Origin: Anolis carolinensis
Taxonomy: Eukaryota
Length of the DNA: 64,000 nt
Assembly (NCBI RefSeq): GCF_035594765.1
Contig: NW_026943825.1
Location: 2,792,469-2,856,468, forward strand
Direction: 5' to 3'
Shown: positions 50,200 through 63,685 of the stretch, piece by piece
How the letters are laid out: each line of letters starts with the position of its first letter
How positions within the stretch are numbered: position 1 is the stretch's first letter
The notes under the pieces: model-generated
Told to the model about the DNA's origin: nothing
Databases searched by the model: none
Seen by the model: only the letters and a program-made list of their open reading frames with translations
Program-made: the position numbers and the translations under genes

Positions 50200-50535
50200 A
50201 CTGGATATTATTATTATTATTCAGTCTGAATAATTGGGCTAGATGACCTCTGGAGAGCCCTCCCAACTCTAGGAAACAATAATAATAATTATTATTTCCA
50301 ATAATAATCATAATAATTGGGGGGCCCTTTGAACTCTAGGATCCTATAATAATAATAATAATTCAGAGTCTGAATCTTTGGGCTAGGTCCTATTATAATA
50401 ATAGGTGACCTTTGGAGGGCCCTCTCAACAGTAGGATCCAATAATAACAACTATAAAATTATTATTATTATTACAACAGAGTCTGAATAATTGGGCTAGA
50501 TGACCTCTGGAGAGCCCTCCCAAGTCTAGACTCCA

Positions 50536-50568
<33 letters not shown>

Positions 50569-50754
50569 AGTCTGAATCATTGGGCTAGGTCCTATTATGA
50601 TATAGTAATAGGACTAGGTGACCTTTTGGAGGGCCAACCCAACAGTAGGATCCAATAATAACAATAATAATAAAATTATTTTTATTATTATTACAACAGA
50701 GTCTAAATAATAGGGCTAGATGACCTTTGGAGAGCCCTCCCAACTCTAGACTCC

Positions 50755-50798
<44 letters not shown>

Positions 50799-51066
50799 GG
50801 TGCTTTGATATTTAGAATCCTATAATAATAATAATTCAAAGACTCAAGCTTTGATATTTAGGATCCTATAATAATAATAATAATAATAATAATTCGAAGA
50901 CTCAATCATTGGGCTAGGTCCTATTATTATAATAATAGGATTAGGTGACCTTTGGCGGGCCCTCCCAACAGTAGGATCCAATAAAATAAAAATTATTATT
51001 ATTATTACAACAGTCTGAATCACTGGCCATTTTGACCTTCAGAGGGACCTCCCAACTCTAGGATTA

Positions 51067-51103
<37 letters not shown>

Positions 51104-51230
51104 TGCAGAGTCTGAATCATTGGCCAATTTGACCTTCAGAGAGCCCTCCCAACTCTATGATTGATTGATTGATTAATTTAATAATAATAATAATAATAAT
51201 ATGCAGAGTCTGAATCATTGGGCTAGGCCA
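50200..51230. repeat. Compound minisatellite (core GGGCTAGATGACCT...CCCTCCCAACTCTAG plus (AAT)n) downstream of the ANKRD34A stop codon
   Basis: Repeated core resembling a CR1-type 3' end. Confidence 0.75.
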
Positions 51231-51278
51231 GGCCTGGGCCAAGCTGGAGGGCCCGGGGTCAGGTGGCCTTGGCTGACC

Positions 51279-52430
51279 TCAGGGGGGTCCGTCTTCGGGG
51301 TCCAGTCCCCGGAAGCTGACCAGCTGCTTCATCTGCTCGGGCTGCATGGAGTGCCTGCGCAGGAGCCGCTTGGGCTTTGGGGAGGCAGAACTGACCACTG
51401 CTGCGGCCAGTGGGGAGAGGCCCTTGGTGGGCCGGAGCGGGGGGTGGGGGGCCAGGTGGAGCGGGGGCAGGAAGCCCGGCCGGGCAGGGCCGAAGAAGGG
51501 GTCGTTCGGGGCCAGCGCCGTCCCAGAGCCCCGCCGATGACCGCTGGCCGGCGAGGTCAGAGGGGACACGCTGGACTTTGGCTCTCGCTTTGGCCTGGGA
51601 TGACCCTCCAAAGGCTTTCCTTGCTCCGATCCAGAAGCATTGCTGTCTGACTCGTCTCCGCCCGCTGCCATGACCTCTTGACCTTCCGTGCTGTGCCGCC
51701 TGGACAGGGGCGGCCTTTTGGAGAGGCTCAAGCCATTCATTTCGACGGTCAAGCGCTCCTGGGCAGACGGGGCCACCAAGCCCCAGGGCTCCGAATTGAG
51801 CCGCTTCAAGGTCTTGGGCCGAGGCTTGTCGACCTTGGTCTCGTCCGGCTTGAGGTCGAAGTCGAAAACGTCCCGCTCTTCGTCCTTCTCGACCCCGCGC
51901 AGGCGCACGTCCGAGGGCGACATGCAAAAGGCCGGCGAGGGCGGGGCGTTCAAGTACTGCTTGGTCTTCTTGGTGCCGGAGGGCGAGGTGTCCGTCGTGA
52001 TGATGATGACCTCTTGGCCTTTGGCCTTGCAAGCGTCCAGCAGCACCTGCAGGGTGGCCCGGTCGCCGTAGTTGAGGGCGTGGATCAAGGCGGAGGCGCC
52101 CGAGTAGTCCTTGGCGCTGGGGTCGGCCCCGTGGTCCAGCAGCACTTGGGCCACCTCGGCCCCCGCCCCGGACGCGCAAGCGTGGACCAAGGCCGAGCGC
52201 CCCGCCTTGTCCGGGATGTTGGGGTCGGCCCCGTTGGCGGTCAAGTAGCGCACCATGCGGGCCTTGCAGCGGGGGTCGGCGTAGGGGGCCGCGCAGGCCG
52301 CCATCAGGGCCGTCTCCCCACCCGCGTTGCCCTCGTTGATGTAGGCCCCGCCCTCCAGCAGCAGGCGGGTCAGGCGGAACTGGCCACGCCACACGGCCGT
52401 CAGCAGCGCATTGCCCTCCGGGTGGACCAT
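51279..52430 (-). CDS. ANKRD34A: Ankyrin repeat domain-containing protein 34A, single coding exon, 383 aa
   Basis: MVHPEGNALLTAVWRGQFRLTRLLLEGGAYINEG...GETALMAAC...LLDACKAKGQEVIIITTDTSPSGTKKTKQYLN...LLRRHSMQPEQ. ATG at 52430; acceptor cccttag at 52526; synteny with POLR3GL supports the A paralogue. Confidence 0.9.
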   Translation of the reverse strand: MVHPEGNALLTAVWRGQFRLTRLLLEGGAYINEGNAGGETALMAACAAPYADPRCKARMVRYLTANGADPNIPDKAGRSALVHACASGAGAEVAQVLLDHGADPSAKDYSGASALIHALNYGDRATLQVLLDACKAKGQEVIIITTDTSPSGTKKTKQYLNAPPSPAFCMSPSDVRLRGVEKDEERDVFDFDLKPDETKVDKPRPKTLKRLNSEPWGLVAPSAQERLTVEMNGLSLSKRPPLSRRHSTEGQEVMAAGGDESDSNASGSEQGKPLEGHPRPKREPKSSVSPLTSPASGHRRGSGTALAPNDPFFGPARPGFLPPLHLAPHPPLRPTKGLSPLAAAVVSSASPKPKRLLRRHSMQPEQMKQLVSFRGLDPEDGPP

Positions 52431-52576
52431 GGCCAGAGCCGGGGCCGAGGAACGGACGGACGCGAGGACAGCCGTCACCCAGAAGGAGAGGCAGGGGTCA
52501 TCTCAGGGCGGCAGCAGCAGGGCACCTAAGGGAAATAATAGTAGTAGTTAATAATAATAATAATAGTACAAGAAAT

Positions 52577-52970
52577 AGTACAAGAAAACCGCACTACAAA
52601 CTAGAGCTGACAGTACAAGAAAACCGCACTACAAACTAGAGCTGACAGTACAAGAAAACCGCACTACAAACTAGAGCTGACAGTACAAGAAAACCGCACT
52701 ACAAACTAAAGCTGACAGTACAAGAAAACCGCACTACAAACTAGAGCTGACAGTACAAGAAAACCGCACTACAAACTAGAGCTGACAGTACAAGAAAACC
52801 ACACTACAAACTAGAGCTGAAACATTGCATGGAAAGTTCCTTGACAAAATTAAAGGAAAAGCTGACAAGGAGAAGACCTGGCTCTGGCTCACGAATGGGA
52901 CCCTGAAGAAGGACAGAAGGCCTGATCCTTGCAGCCCAGGAGCAAGACATCAGGACAAAGGCAATTCAGG
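52577..52970 (+). mobile_element. R4/Dong-like LINE fragment with a 35-bp tandem amplification (~7 copies) at its 5' side
   Basis: LHGKFLDKI...KEKTWLWLTNGTLKK...ILAAQEQ motif; repeat agtacaagaaaaccgcactacaaactagagctgac. Confidence 0.6.
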
Positions 52971-53165
52971 ACTTTGGTGTGAAGCAGCGGCAGAAAAGAC
53001 CAACGAACTATTCAAAATTAGCATATATTAGCATATTCCTTCAAAATTAGCATACATTTCCGGCTGCTTCAGTTACATAACTGCCAGCAAGAAAGCAAAA
53101 TGCCATTATATTTTTAAACTATAACACCTCAAATAACCTTATATCATAACAACAACAACAACAAC

Positions 53166-53216
<51 letters not shown>

Positions 53217-53399
53217 TACTACTATTATTTCCAGTAGGCTTTGGAAATCCCATTCTCACCTGTATGGTCCAAATACAGTAGAGGCACAAAATGGGAGATG
53301 ATGATGATGATGATAATAATAATAATAATGCATTTGCAATCCCACGGTTTAGACATAATGATGATGATAATAATTATAATAATGATATTTTTGCAATTC

Positions 53400-54580
53400 C
53401 GATGATGAATCTTTAGCAACTGCAATGATAACATTTTAGTAACAAGGATGATAATATTTTAGCGATGATAATAATATTTTAGTGGTTATAATAATAATAA
53501 TTTTATATAAATAATATTTTAGCAAACCCGATGATGATGATACTAATAAAATTAATGATATTTTAGCAATCTCAATGATGATGAAGATTATGATATTTTA
53601 GTGGTGATGATGATGGTGATGATAATAATAATAATATGTTTTGGCAACCCAATAATATTAATAATGATATTTTAGCAACCCCAATGATGATGATGATGAT
53701 GATATTTTAGTGATAATGATGGTGATAATAATAATAATAATAGTAATATATTTTGGCAACCCCAATAATATTAAGAATGATATTTTAACAATCTCAATGA
53801 TGATGATGATGATATTTTAGCAATCTAGATGTTGATGACAACAACAACAACAATGTAATGATAATGACAATAATGTTAGCAACCTCAATGGTGATTATGA
53901 TATTAATATTTTAGTGATGATAATGATGACAATAATATTTTAGCAGCAATGACAATAATAATATTTTAGCAATCCTAATGATGACGATAATAATATTTTA
54001 GCAACAATGACAATAATATAGCAACAATTATGACAATAATATTTTAGTGATGATGTTGATGATGATATTAATATGTTTTGACAATCCCAATAATATTAAT
54101 ATGTAATGATATTTTAGCAACCCCAGTGATGATAATAATATTTTAGAAACGATGATGATAATATTTTGATTATGATGATGATAATAATGATTTTTTAGCA
54201 ATCCCGATGACAATGATAATAATAATATTTTAACAATCTTAATGATGATGATAATATTTTGATGATCATGATGATGATAATAATAATATGATGTTTTGGC
54301 AACTTCAATAATATTAATAATAATATTTTAGCAACCTCAGTGATGATGATGATCATCATCATATTTTAGCAATCCCGATGATGACGATAATATATGGATG
54401 CTGATGATAATAATAATAATAATGATATTTTAACAACCCCAATGATGATATTTTAGCAATCCTAATGATGATGATTATTTTTGTTTATGATAATATGATG
54501 CTTTGGCAACCCCGATAATATTAATAATGATATTTTAGCAACCTCGGTGATGATGATATTTTAACAATCCTGATGATGAC

Positions 54581-54635
<55 letters not shown>

Positions 54636-54750
54636 TTTTGATTATGATGATAATATTTTAGTAACCCCAATGATGATGATGATGATGATATAGCAGAAGA
54701 GGCCCGGATTGGCATCCAAGGGGATTTAATTGCCAATATGAAATCCATCC

Positions 54751-54782
<32 letters not shown>

Positions 54783-54898
54783 CATTGCAAATCCGACCTG
54801 GTTGCATCTCCTTCTGCATTTGATGATGATGAGGATAATGATAATAATAATAATAATATTTTAGTTATGATAATATTAATGATACCCTAGCAACCTCA

Positions 54899-54944
<46 letters not shown>

Positions 54945-55174
54945 TTTTAGCAATCCCAATGATGATGAAATTAATATTATTAATAATGATATTTTAGCAA
55001 TCTCAATGATGGTGAGGATAACATTAATAATATGTTAGCAACCCCAGTGATGATGATGATGATAATAATAATAATATGTTTTGGCAACCCCAATAATATT
55101 AATAATATTTTAGCAACCCCAATGATGATGATGATGATATTTTAGCAATCCTGATGATGACGATAATAATAATA

Positions 55175-55211
<37 letters not shown>

Positions 55212-55385
55212 AATAATGATATTTTAGTAACCCCAATGATGATGATGATATTCTAACAATCCTGATGGCAATAATATTTTAACAATCCTAATGATGATGA
55301 TGATGATATTTTGATGATGATGATAATGTTTTAACAACCCCAATGATGATGATATTTTGATGATGAAGATGATGATGATGATGAT
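53400..55385. repeat. Degenerate compound repeat (TATTTTAGCAACCCC core plus (ATG)n/(AAT)n)
   Basis: Seen directly. Confidence 0.8.
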
Positions 55386-56096
55386 AATTATTCTCAGTTT
55401 TATTATGTATCTTTATTGCAAAGCCTACCTGGCTGCATCTCCTTCTGCTGCTGCTTCTGCCCAATATGGAATGAGCCCAGATTTGGGGGCGGGACTTAAG
55501 GGGGAGCCGTCCAATCATTGCAAAGGAACCTGGATTTTCAAGAGGAAAAAGCAACCTGGGTTATTTTTAGCTCCATAAATGCAAATGAAAGCTGGTTTTT
55601 TTGGGTGGGGGGTTTGCAAATATATTTATTTTAAAATGCAAATATATTTCTTTTTATTGGGTTTTTTTCTTTAAATGCAAATATATTTATCCCCCTTTTT
55701 AAAAAAAAAAATATGCAAATATATTTATTTGGAGGATGTTTTTCTTTAAATGCAAATATATCTCCCCTTATTTTTATTCTTTAAATGCACATATATTTCT
55801 TTTATTTTTTTATCCAAATGTATCTATTTCAAGTTTTTTTTTTTTAAAAAAGAAAATATATTTATTTTAGGGCTTTTTAATTGCAAATATATTTTAGGGC
55901 TTGTTAATTGCAAATATATTTATTTTAGGTATTTTTTATTGGAAATATATTTATTTTATAGGACTTTTTCAATGCAAATATATATATATAGGGTTTTTTT
56001 TAATGCAAATACATTTATTTTAGGGCTTTTTAATTGCAAATATATTTTAGGGCTTGTTAATTGCAAATATATTTATTTTATAGGTATTTTTCAGTG

Positions 56097-56146
<50 letters not shown>

Positions 56147-56686
56147 TTTTTTAATGCAAATACATTTATTTTGCAAATATAATATATTTATTCTATTTCT
56201 CCCCCTATTTTGGGTTTTTCTCCCTTTCAATGTTGGACGCAAGTGTGAATGTTGCCATTAGCCACCTTGATTAGCATTGAATAGACTTGCATCTTCAAAG
56301 TCTGTCTGCTTCCTGACTGGGAGATCTTTTGTTAGCTGGCCCTGATTGTTTCCTGTCTGGATTTTCCCTGTTTTCTGAATGTTGCTCTTTATTTACTGGC
56401 CAGACAGCCCACAAAACTCACAGCAACCCAACTCTATAGTTGTTGTTGTTATTATTATGTAGAAGCAGGATGGCCATCTGTCAGGAGAGTTTTGGACCAT
56501 GTCTTTCCCTTTAATACAAGAAAGAGGGTTGGAATGGCTGGCCTTTGGGGTCCCCTTTTTCCAACTGCCATCCAGAACCCAATAAAATGCATTTTAATAA
56601 TAATAATAATAATAATAATAACGAATGGCAAGTCTTTGCGGCTGGATCTGTGCTTCTCTGCCTCCTGCATCCTCTTCTCACCTCCA

Positions 56687-56700
56687 GTTGCCATGGCAAC
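56687..56700. promoter_or_regulatory. Perfect palindromic RFX X-box upstream of the ANKRD34A coding exon
   Basis: GTTGCCATGGCAAC, next to a minus-strand GTGAG donor at 56681. Confidence 0.6.
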
Positions 56701-57566
56701 CGCCTGGGTACCACAAAGGATGCTGCAGCATCTCTTTAAATAGAAAGTGGCCAAATTTTATATATATATATATACGGGGATAGATTTTTATTTTTTTGTT
56801 ATTACTGTATCCATATATTTATTATTTATTACACTGTTGACATTGTAATTATTATTAGGGATAGATATATATTGAATGGGTGAAAATATTATTATTTGGA
56901 GGAAATATTTTTTTTTTTAATTGGAAATTATAAATTTAGTTTTTACTAGCTTGGGTGCCCGGCGTTGCCCAGGTTGTTTGAAAAAGTCAATTTTTTAATT
57001 CTACCAAATGCATAAGGTTTATTTATAACAATTTATAAATATATAATATATTGTATATACATATAATATTGATGATAATATTATAATGGAATACAATATT
57101 ATACTACTAATAATACAATATAATAGTATTAATTATATATTATATATTAAATGTAATATTACCAATAATATTACCAAAAAAACAAAACATACAAAAACAA
57201 TACATGTCAATGATTCCTAATAAAAAGTACTCTAGTCTCAATTGAATGTTTATTTTGATGATTTTTTGTATCATTTCATGAATTTTTTTTCCAGTACTCC
57301 TTTGCATATATATTGTAATATTATTAATAATGGATTCTAATCTTGGACATGCTTAAAATTTTATATAATGTGATTTTATTTTCTAATGGTATCTGTTTTA
57401 TATGTACTGTTGTTTTGTAGATTGTTTTATATGAATTGTTGTTTTTAGGCATTGGATTTTTGCCTATTTATTGTAAGCCGCTTTGAGTCCCCTCGGGGAG
57501 AAAGGCGGGGTAAAAGTGATGTAAATAAATAAATAATAAATAATATTACATGGAATATATAATATA

Positions 57567-58360
57567 CTAGCTGTGCCCGGCCAGGCGTTGCTGTGGCAAA
57601 GTGGTGGTGGTATTGGTTAAAAATTGTTGTGTAATTTTTATTTGATGTTATTTGTATTTTTTTAATTAATTTTATTGTAAGTTATCTTTTTATTTATTAT
57701 ATTTTATTATTTTCTTGTATTATTTTTAGTTATTTTCTGTTATGATGGTATTTTTTGTATCAATTTTTTAGTGTTTTTTATTGATTTTTTTTTGGTTGCT
57801 AGGAGACCAAGTTGGAGGAGCTTAGCCTTCTAACTGGCAGCAACTGGATAAAAGCAGTTATTCCTCTCTCTCTAATTAGGACTTTATTTTTCTTTTCTTT
57901 TTGTTGTATCAACCTAGAGGCGTGGAGAATGGGTTGTGTCGTCAAATTTCGAGGTTGGGGGGCCTGTAGTTTTGTTGTTTTGTGGGTCGCCGTGATGCCA
58001 TCACTCTTTTATATATATATACTAGCTGTGCCCGGCCACGCGTTGCTGTGGCGAAGTGGTGGTGGTATTGGTTAAAAATTGTTATGTAATTTTTATTTGA
58101 CGTTATTTGCAATTTTTTATTAATTTTATTGTAAGTTATATTTTTATTTATTATATTTTATTATTTTCTTGTATTATTTTTAGTTATTTTCTGTTATTAT
58201 GGTATTTTTTGTATCAATTTTATTGTGTTTTTTATTGATTTTTTTTTTGGTTGCTAGGAGACCAAGTTGGAGGAGCTTAGCCTTCTAACTGGCAGCAACT
58301 GGATAAAAGCAATTATTCCTCTCTCTCTAATTAGGACTTTATTTTTCTTTTCTTTTTGTT
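57567..58360 (-). mobile_element. Two head-to-tail Helitron copies (57567-58020, 58022-~58360)
   Basis: Repeated CTAGCTGTGCCCGGCCA... 3' ends. Confidence 0.75.
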
Positions 58361-58479
58361 GTCCAGGCCAATTGCCCTCAAAACTCACCAGTATTCAAAT
58401 ATGGGAATATCGGGTCTGCACGCCAAGTTTGGTCCAGATCCATCATTGGTTCCAGGTGAACTATAAATCCCAGTACTTC

Positions 58480-58750
58480 CATGTAGGCCTCAATAGGCCT
58501 CAATGGCAAGAATTACACGCATGCGCAGAAAGGGGCCCCTTCCCTAAACGCGCGCCAAAGCAAACCGAAGCCCCGCCCACCCCTTCAGGCCACGCCCACT
58601 CTTTATTCAATTATGCTGGTGGCAAGACCACGCCTCCTCCTTGTATCTCCGCCCGCCATTGGTCGCCGGGACGGGAGGCTCCGCCCCTTTCGAACGTTGC
58701 GGATCCAGCTCTGCCGCCACGCTTTGTTCCGGTCTTCCTGGTCACGTGAG
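58480..58750 (+). promoter_or_regulatory. POLR3GL CpG promoter and non-coding exon 1 (donor GTGAGT at 58746); divergent from ANKRD34A
   Basis: NRF1-like CGCATGCGCA, GC boxes, and an E-box GTCACGTG overlapping the donor. Confidence 0.7.
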
Positions 58751-58799
58751 TCTGTCTGGAAAGAAAATAAACCAAATAATTTTTTTGCAAGGTTTCTTC

Positions 58800-60745
58800 A
58801 ATATTAAAAAAATGCAATTAAAAGAAACGATAAATTAAGTGATAAAATACTATTTTGCAGTGCTCCTTCAGTATTAAAAATGCATTAAATGATAAGTAAT
58901 ATTACTTTGCAGTGCTAGTCCAATATTAAAGCGTTAAATATTAAAAATGCATTTAATTGAATGTTAAATTGAACAATAAAATATTATTTTGCAGTGCTCC
59001 TTCAATATTAAAAATGCATTAAATTGAATGTTAAATTAAATAATAAAATATTATTTTGCAGTGCTCCTTCAGTATTAAAAATGCATTAAATGATAAGTAA
59101 TATTACTTTGCAGTGCTAGTCCAATATTAAAGCGTTAAATATTAAAAATGCATTAAATTGAATGTTAAATTGAACAATAAAATATTATTTTGCAGTGCTC
59201 CTTCAGTATTAAAAATGCATTAAATTGAATGTTAAATTAAATAATAAAATATTATTTTGCAGTGCTCCTTCAGTATTAAAAATGCATTAAATTGAATGTT
59301 AAATTAAATAATAAAATATTATTTTGCAGTGCTCCTTCAGTATTAAAAATGCATTAAATTGAATGTTAAATTAAATAATAAAATATTATTTTGCAGTGCT
59401 CCTTCAGTATTAAAAATGCATTAAATTGAATGTTAAATTAAATAATAAAATATTATTTTGCAGTGCTCCTTCAGTATTAAAAATGCATTAAATTGAATGT
59501 TAAATTAAATAATAAAATATTATTTTGCAGTGCTCCTTCAGTATTAAAAATGTATTAAATTGAATGTTAAATTAAATAATAAAATATTATTTTGCAGTGC
59601 TCCTTCAGTATTAAAAATGCATTAAATTGAATGTTAAATTAAATAATAAAATATTATTTTGCAGTGCTCCTTCAGTATTAAAAATGCATTAAATTGAATG
59701 TTAAATTAAATAATAAAATATTATTTTGCAGTGCTCCTTCAGTATTAAAAATGCATTAAATTGAATGTTAAATTAAATAATAAAATATTATTTTGCAGTG
59801 CTCCTTCAGTATTAAACATGCATTAAATTGAATGTTAAATTAAATAATAAAATATTATTTTGCAGTGCTCCTTCAGTATTAAACATGCATTAAATTGAAT
59901 GTTAAATTAAATAATAAAATATTATTTTGCAGTGCTCCTTCAATATTAAAAAGCATTAAATTGAATGTTAAATTAAATAATTAAATATTATTTTGCAGTG
60001 CTCCTTCAATATTAAAAATGCATTAAATTGAATGTTAAATTAAATAATAAAATATTATTTTGCAGTGCTCCTTCAATATTAAAAATGCATTAAATTGAAT
60101 GGTAAATTAAATAATAAAATATTATTTTGCAGTGCTCCTTCAATATTAAAAATGCATTAAATTGAATGGTAAATTAAATAATAAAATATTATTTTGCAGT
60201 GCTCCTTCAGTATTAAAAATACATTAAATTGAATGTTAAATTAAATAATAAAATATTATTTTGCAGTGCTCCTTCAGTATTAAACATGCATTAAATTGAA
60301 TGTTAAATTAAATAATAAAATATTATTTTGCAGTGCTCCTTCAATATTAAAAAGCATTAAATTGAATGTTAAATTAAATAATAAAATATTATTTTGCAGT
60401 GCTCCTTCAGTATTAAACATGCATTAAATTGAATGTTAAATTAAATAATAAAATATTATTTTGCAGTGCTCCTTCAATATTAAAAAGCATTAAATTGAAT
60501 GTTAAATTAAATAATAAAATATTATTTTGCAGTGCTCCTTCAATATTAAAAATGCATTAAATTGAATGGTAAATTAAATAATAAAATATTATTTTGCAGT
60601 GCTCCTTCAATATTAAAAATGCATTAAATTGAATGGTAAATTAAATAATAAAATATTATTTTGCAGTGCTCCTTCAATATAAAAAATGCATTAAATGATA
60701 AATAATATTACTTTGCAGTATTACTCAAATATTAATGCGCTAAAT
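58800..60745. repeat. 67-bp AT-rich minisatellite, ~28 copies, POLR3GL intron 1
   Basis: Unit ttgcagtgctccttcagtattaaaaatgcattaaattgaatgttaaattaaataataaaatattatt. Confidence 0.93.
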
Positions 60746-61106
60746 ATTAAAATATCATGATATTTTGGTGCTAAATTCGTAAATACAGTAATTACTACAT
60801 AACGTTGCCATGTATTGATCTGCTTTTTCTGTCGATTTGTTGTAAAACACGATGTTTGGTTGCTTAATTTATAAAATCATAACGTAATTTGAGATTTAAT
60901 AGGCTTTTCCTTAATCCCTCCTTATTATCCAATAATGGAGCGCTGTTACCTTCCCGCCAATAGGAGCAGTACCTATTGATCTACTCACATTTGCATGTTT
61001 TCGAACTTCTAGGTTGGCAGAAGCTGGAGCTAACATCAGGAGCTCACATTTCCTAGACTGAGGCTCCGCCCACAAAGGACCGAGGCCCCGCCCCCAAAGA
61101 AAGGGG

Positions 61107-61247
61107 ATGGCTGGCCGAGGAGGGGGCGGAGCCGGGAGGGGCCGTGGCCGAGGGGGTCACATGACCTTCAGCGTGGAAGCCATCGGCATCATTGGCAAGG
61201 GAGAGGCGCTCCCGCCACCCACCCTCCAGCCCTCCCCATTATTCCCA
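61107..61247 (+). CDS. POLR3GL: POLR3GL first coding exon
   Basis: ATG at 61107; donor GTAAGT at 61248. Confidence 0.92.
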
Positions 61248-61260
61248 GTAAGTGTTGTTG

Positions 61261-61309
<49 letters not shown>

Positions 61310-61987
61310 CATAGTTGTGGTCCAGTCCAGTTCAATGAAAAAAACTCAGGAAAGAGTAATCCAGTTCAAATCAGATAATTGTATTTTATAGGCAGTGTGG
61401 AAGAGGCCTAAGTGAGGCCTAACTCTGCCTGTCTCCTGGGCTGAGTGGGTTGCTAGGAGGCCAAGTGGGTGGAGCTTAGCCTTCTAACTGGCAGCAATTG
61501 GATAAAAACAATTCTTCCTCTAATTAGGACTTTATTTTTCTTTTCTTTTTGTTGTATGGACATAGAGGCATGGATGAGGGGTTGTGCTGCCAAGTTTAGT
61601 GTTTCTGGGATGTGTAGTTTTGTTGTTTTGTCCTAGGCCGAAATTTCATTACTCTTTTATATATATAGATTATTATATTGCATATGAGTATAGATTTATT
61701 TGTATTATTTTATTATTATTATGCTGTATATTACATCTTATGTTACCTATTATATTTATTATTATATATTGCATATTATTTTATATTATAATTATTATAT
61801 TACGCATTGTTATTATACGTTTATTTATTATTAGATTATTATTATTCATAGTAGTGGTATTATGCACCCCATTCATTGCTTGTTGGTTTCTGAGGCTGAG
61901 AGAGTGTGACCCTCCCAATGGGATCCTATGGCAGAGCAAAGGGATTCAAGCCCTGATTCTTAAATTGTTATTATTTGTACTGTTAGC

Positions 61988-62027
<40 letters not shown>

Positions 62028-63562
62028 GTTACTTATTATTATATTTTATTATATTATATATTATAATACAGATTAATATTATTATATTATTACTACATAT
62101 TTTATTTTGTTATATATTATTATATTATTACATATTTTATTTTTGTTATATATTATTTTATTTATTTATATTTATTATTATGTATTACATTTTTATTATA
62201 TTATATATTATTTTATTTTCATGTACATAACAACACAGCACACATGCATATTAGGTCCAAGTCTCTGAGGTTAGATTATTTTATTTTATATCATTATATT
62301 AGATTACTATTATTATTATATTATTATTACATATTTTATTTTTGTTATGTATTATTATATTTACTATTATATATTACATTTTTATTGTATTATATATTAT
62401 TATATTATATATTACTTTATTTTCATGTACATAACAACACAGCACACATGCACATTAGGTCCAAGTCTCTGAGGTTAGATTATTATTTTATTTTATATCA
62501 GTATATTAGATTACTATTATTATTATATTATTATTACATATTTTATTTTTGTTATATATTATTATATTTACTATTATATATTACATTTTTATTGTATTAT
62601 ATATTATTATATTATATATTACTTTATTTTCATGTACATAACAACACAGCACACATGCACATTAGGTCCAAGTCTCTGAGGTTAGATTATTATTTTATTT
62701 TATATCAGTATATTAGATTACTATTATTATTATATTATTATTACATATTTTATTTTTGTTATATATTATTATATTTACTATTATATATTACATTTTTATT
62801 GTATTATATATTATTATATTATATATTACTTTATTTTCATGTACATAACAACACAGCACACATGCATATTAGGTCCAAGTCTCTGAGGTTAGATTATTAT
62901 TTTATTTTATATCATTATATTAGATTACTATTATTATTATATTATTATTACATATTTTATTTTTGTTATATATTATTATATTTACTATTATATATTACAT
63001 TTTTATTTTATTATATATTATTATATTATATATTATTTTATTTTCATGTACATTATAACACAGCACACATGCACATTAGGTCCAAGTCTCTGAGGTTAGA
63101 TTATTATTTTATTATATTATATTCATTATTATTATTAATTTTATTATCATTATTTTACTATTGAAATTATTATTTCAATATTTCGTTATATATGATTATA
63201 TTATCATTATTTTACTAATTTTATTATCATTATTTTACTATTGAAATTATTATTTCAATATGTCATTATATTAATAAAATGTATTGATTTTATTTTAATT
63301 ATTATTTATATAATTGTATATTCTGCTAATTATATGTATTCGTGTTATTTTTATGTTATTATTTATTAATGAAGTATTATTATTTTATATCATTGTATTA
63401 TATTCATGATTATTATTATTATTATTTTCTTAGCCCTTGGAATATAAGCCGCTTCCTCTCCAGACGGGAGAAGAAGTCGAATATATGTTGGCTTTAAAGC
63501 AGGAACTCAGAGGAGCCACCAAAAACCTGCCGTATTTTATTAAACCTTCCGCCCCAAAGAAA

Positions 63563-63605
<43 letters not shown>

Positions 63606-63647
63606 AAAAAATGAATAAATATATGCCTTTAAATATTTTTAAAAACA

Positions 63648-63685
<38 letters not shown>

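Noticed and set aside
47837-51278. Possible GNRHR2 exons downstream of RBM8A, as in mammals
   Set aside because: No GPCR-like reading frame seen; only TE fragments and low-complexity sequence.
52431-52478. N-terminal extension of the ANKRD34A ORF (GTG start at 52478)
   Set aside because: Non-ATG start from the ORF finder; homology begins at ATG 52430.
62244-63164. 306-aa Y/L/I-rich ORF
   Set aside because: 207-bp AT-rich intronic tandem repeat.
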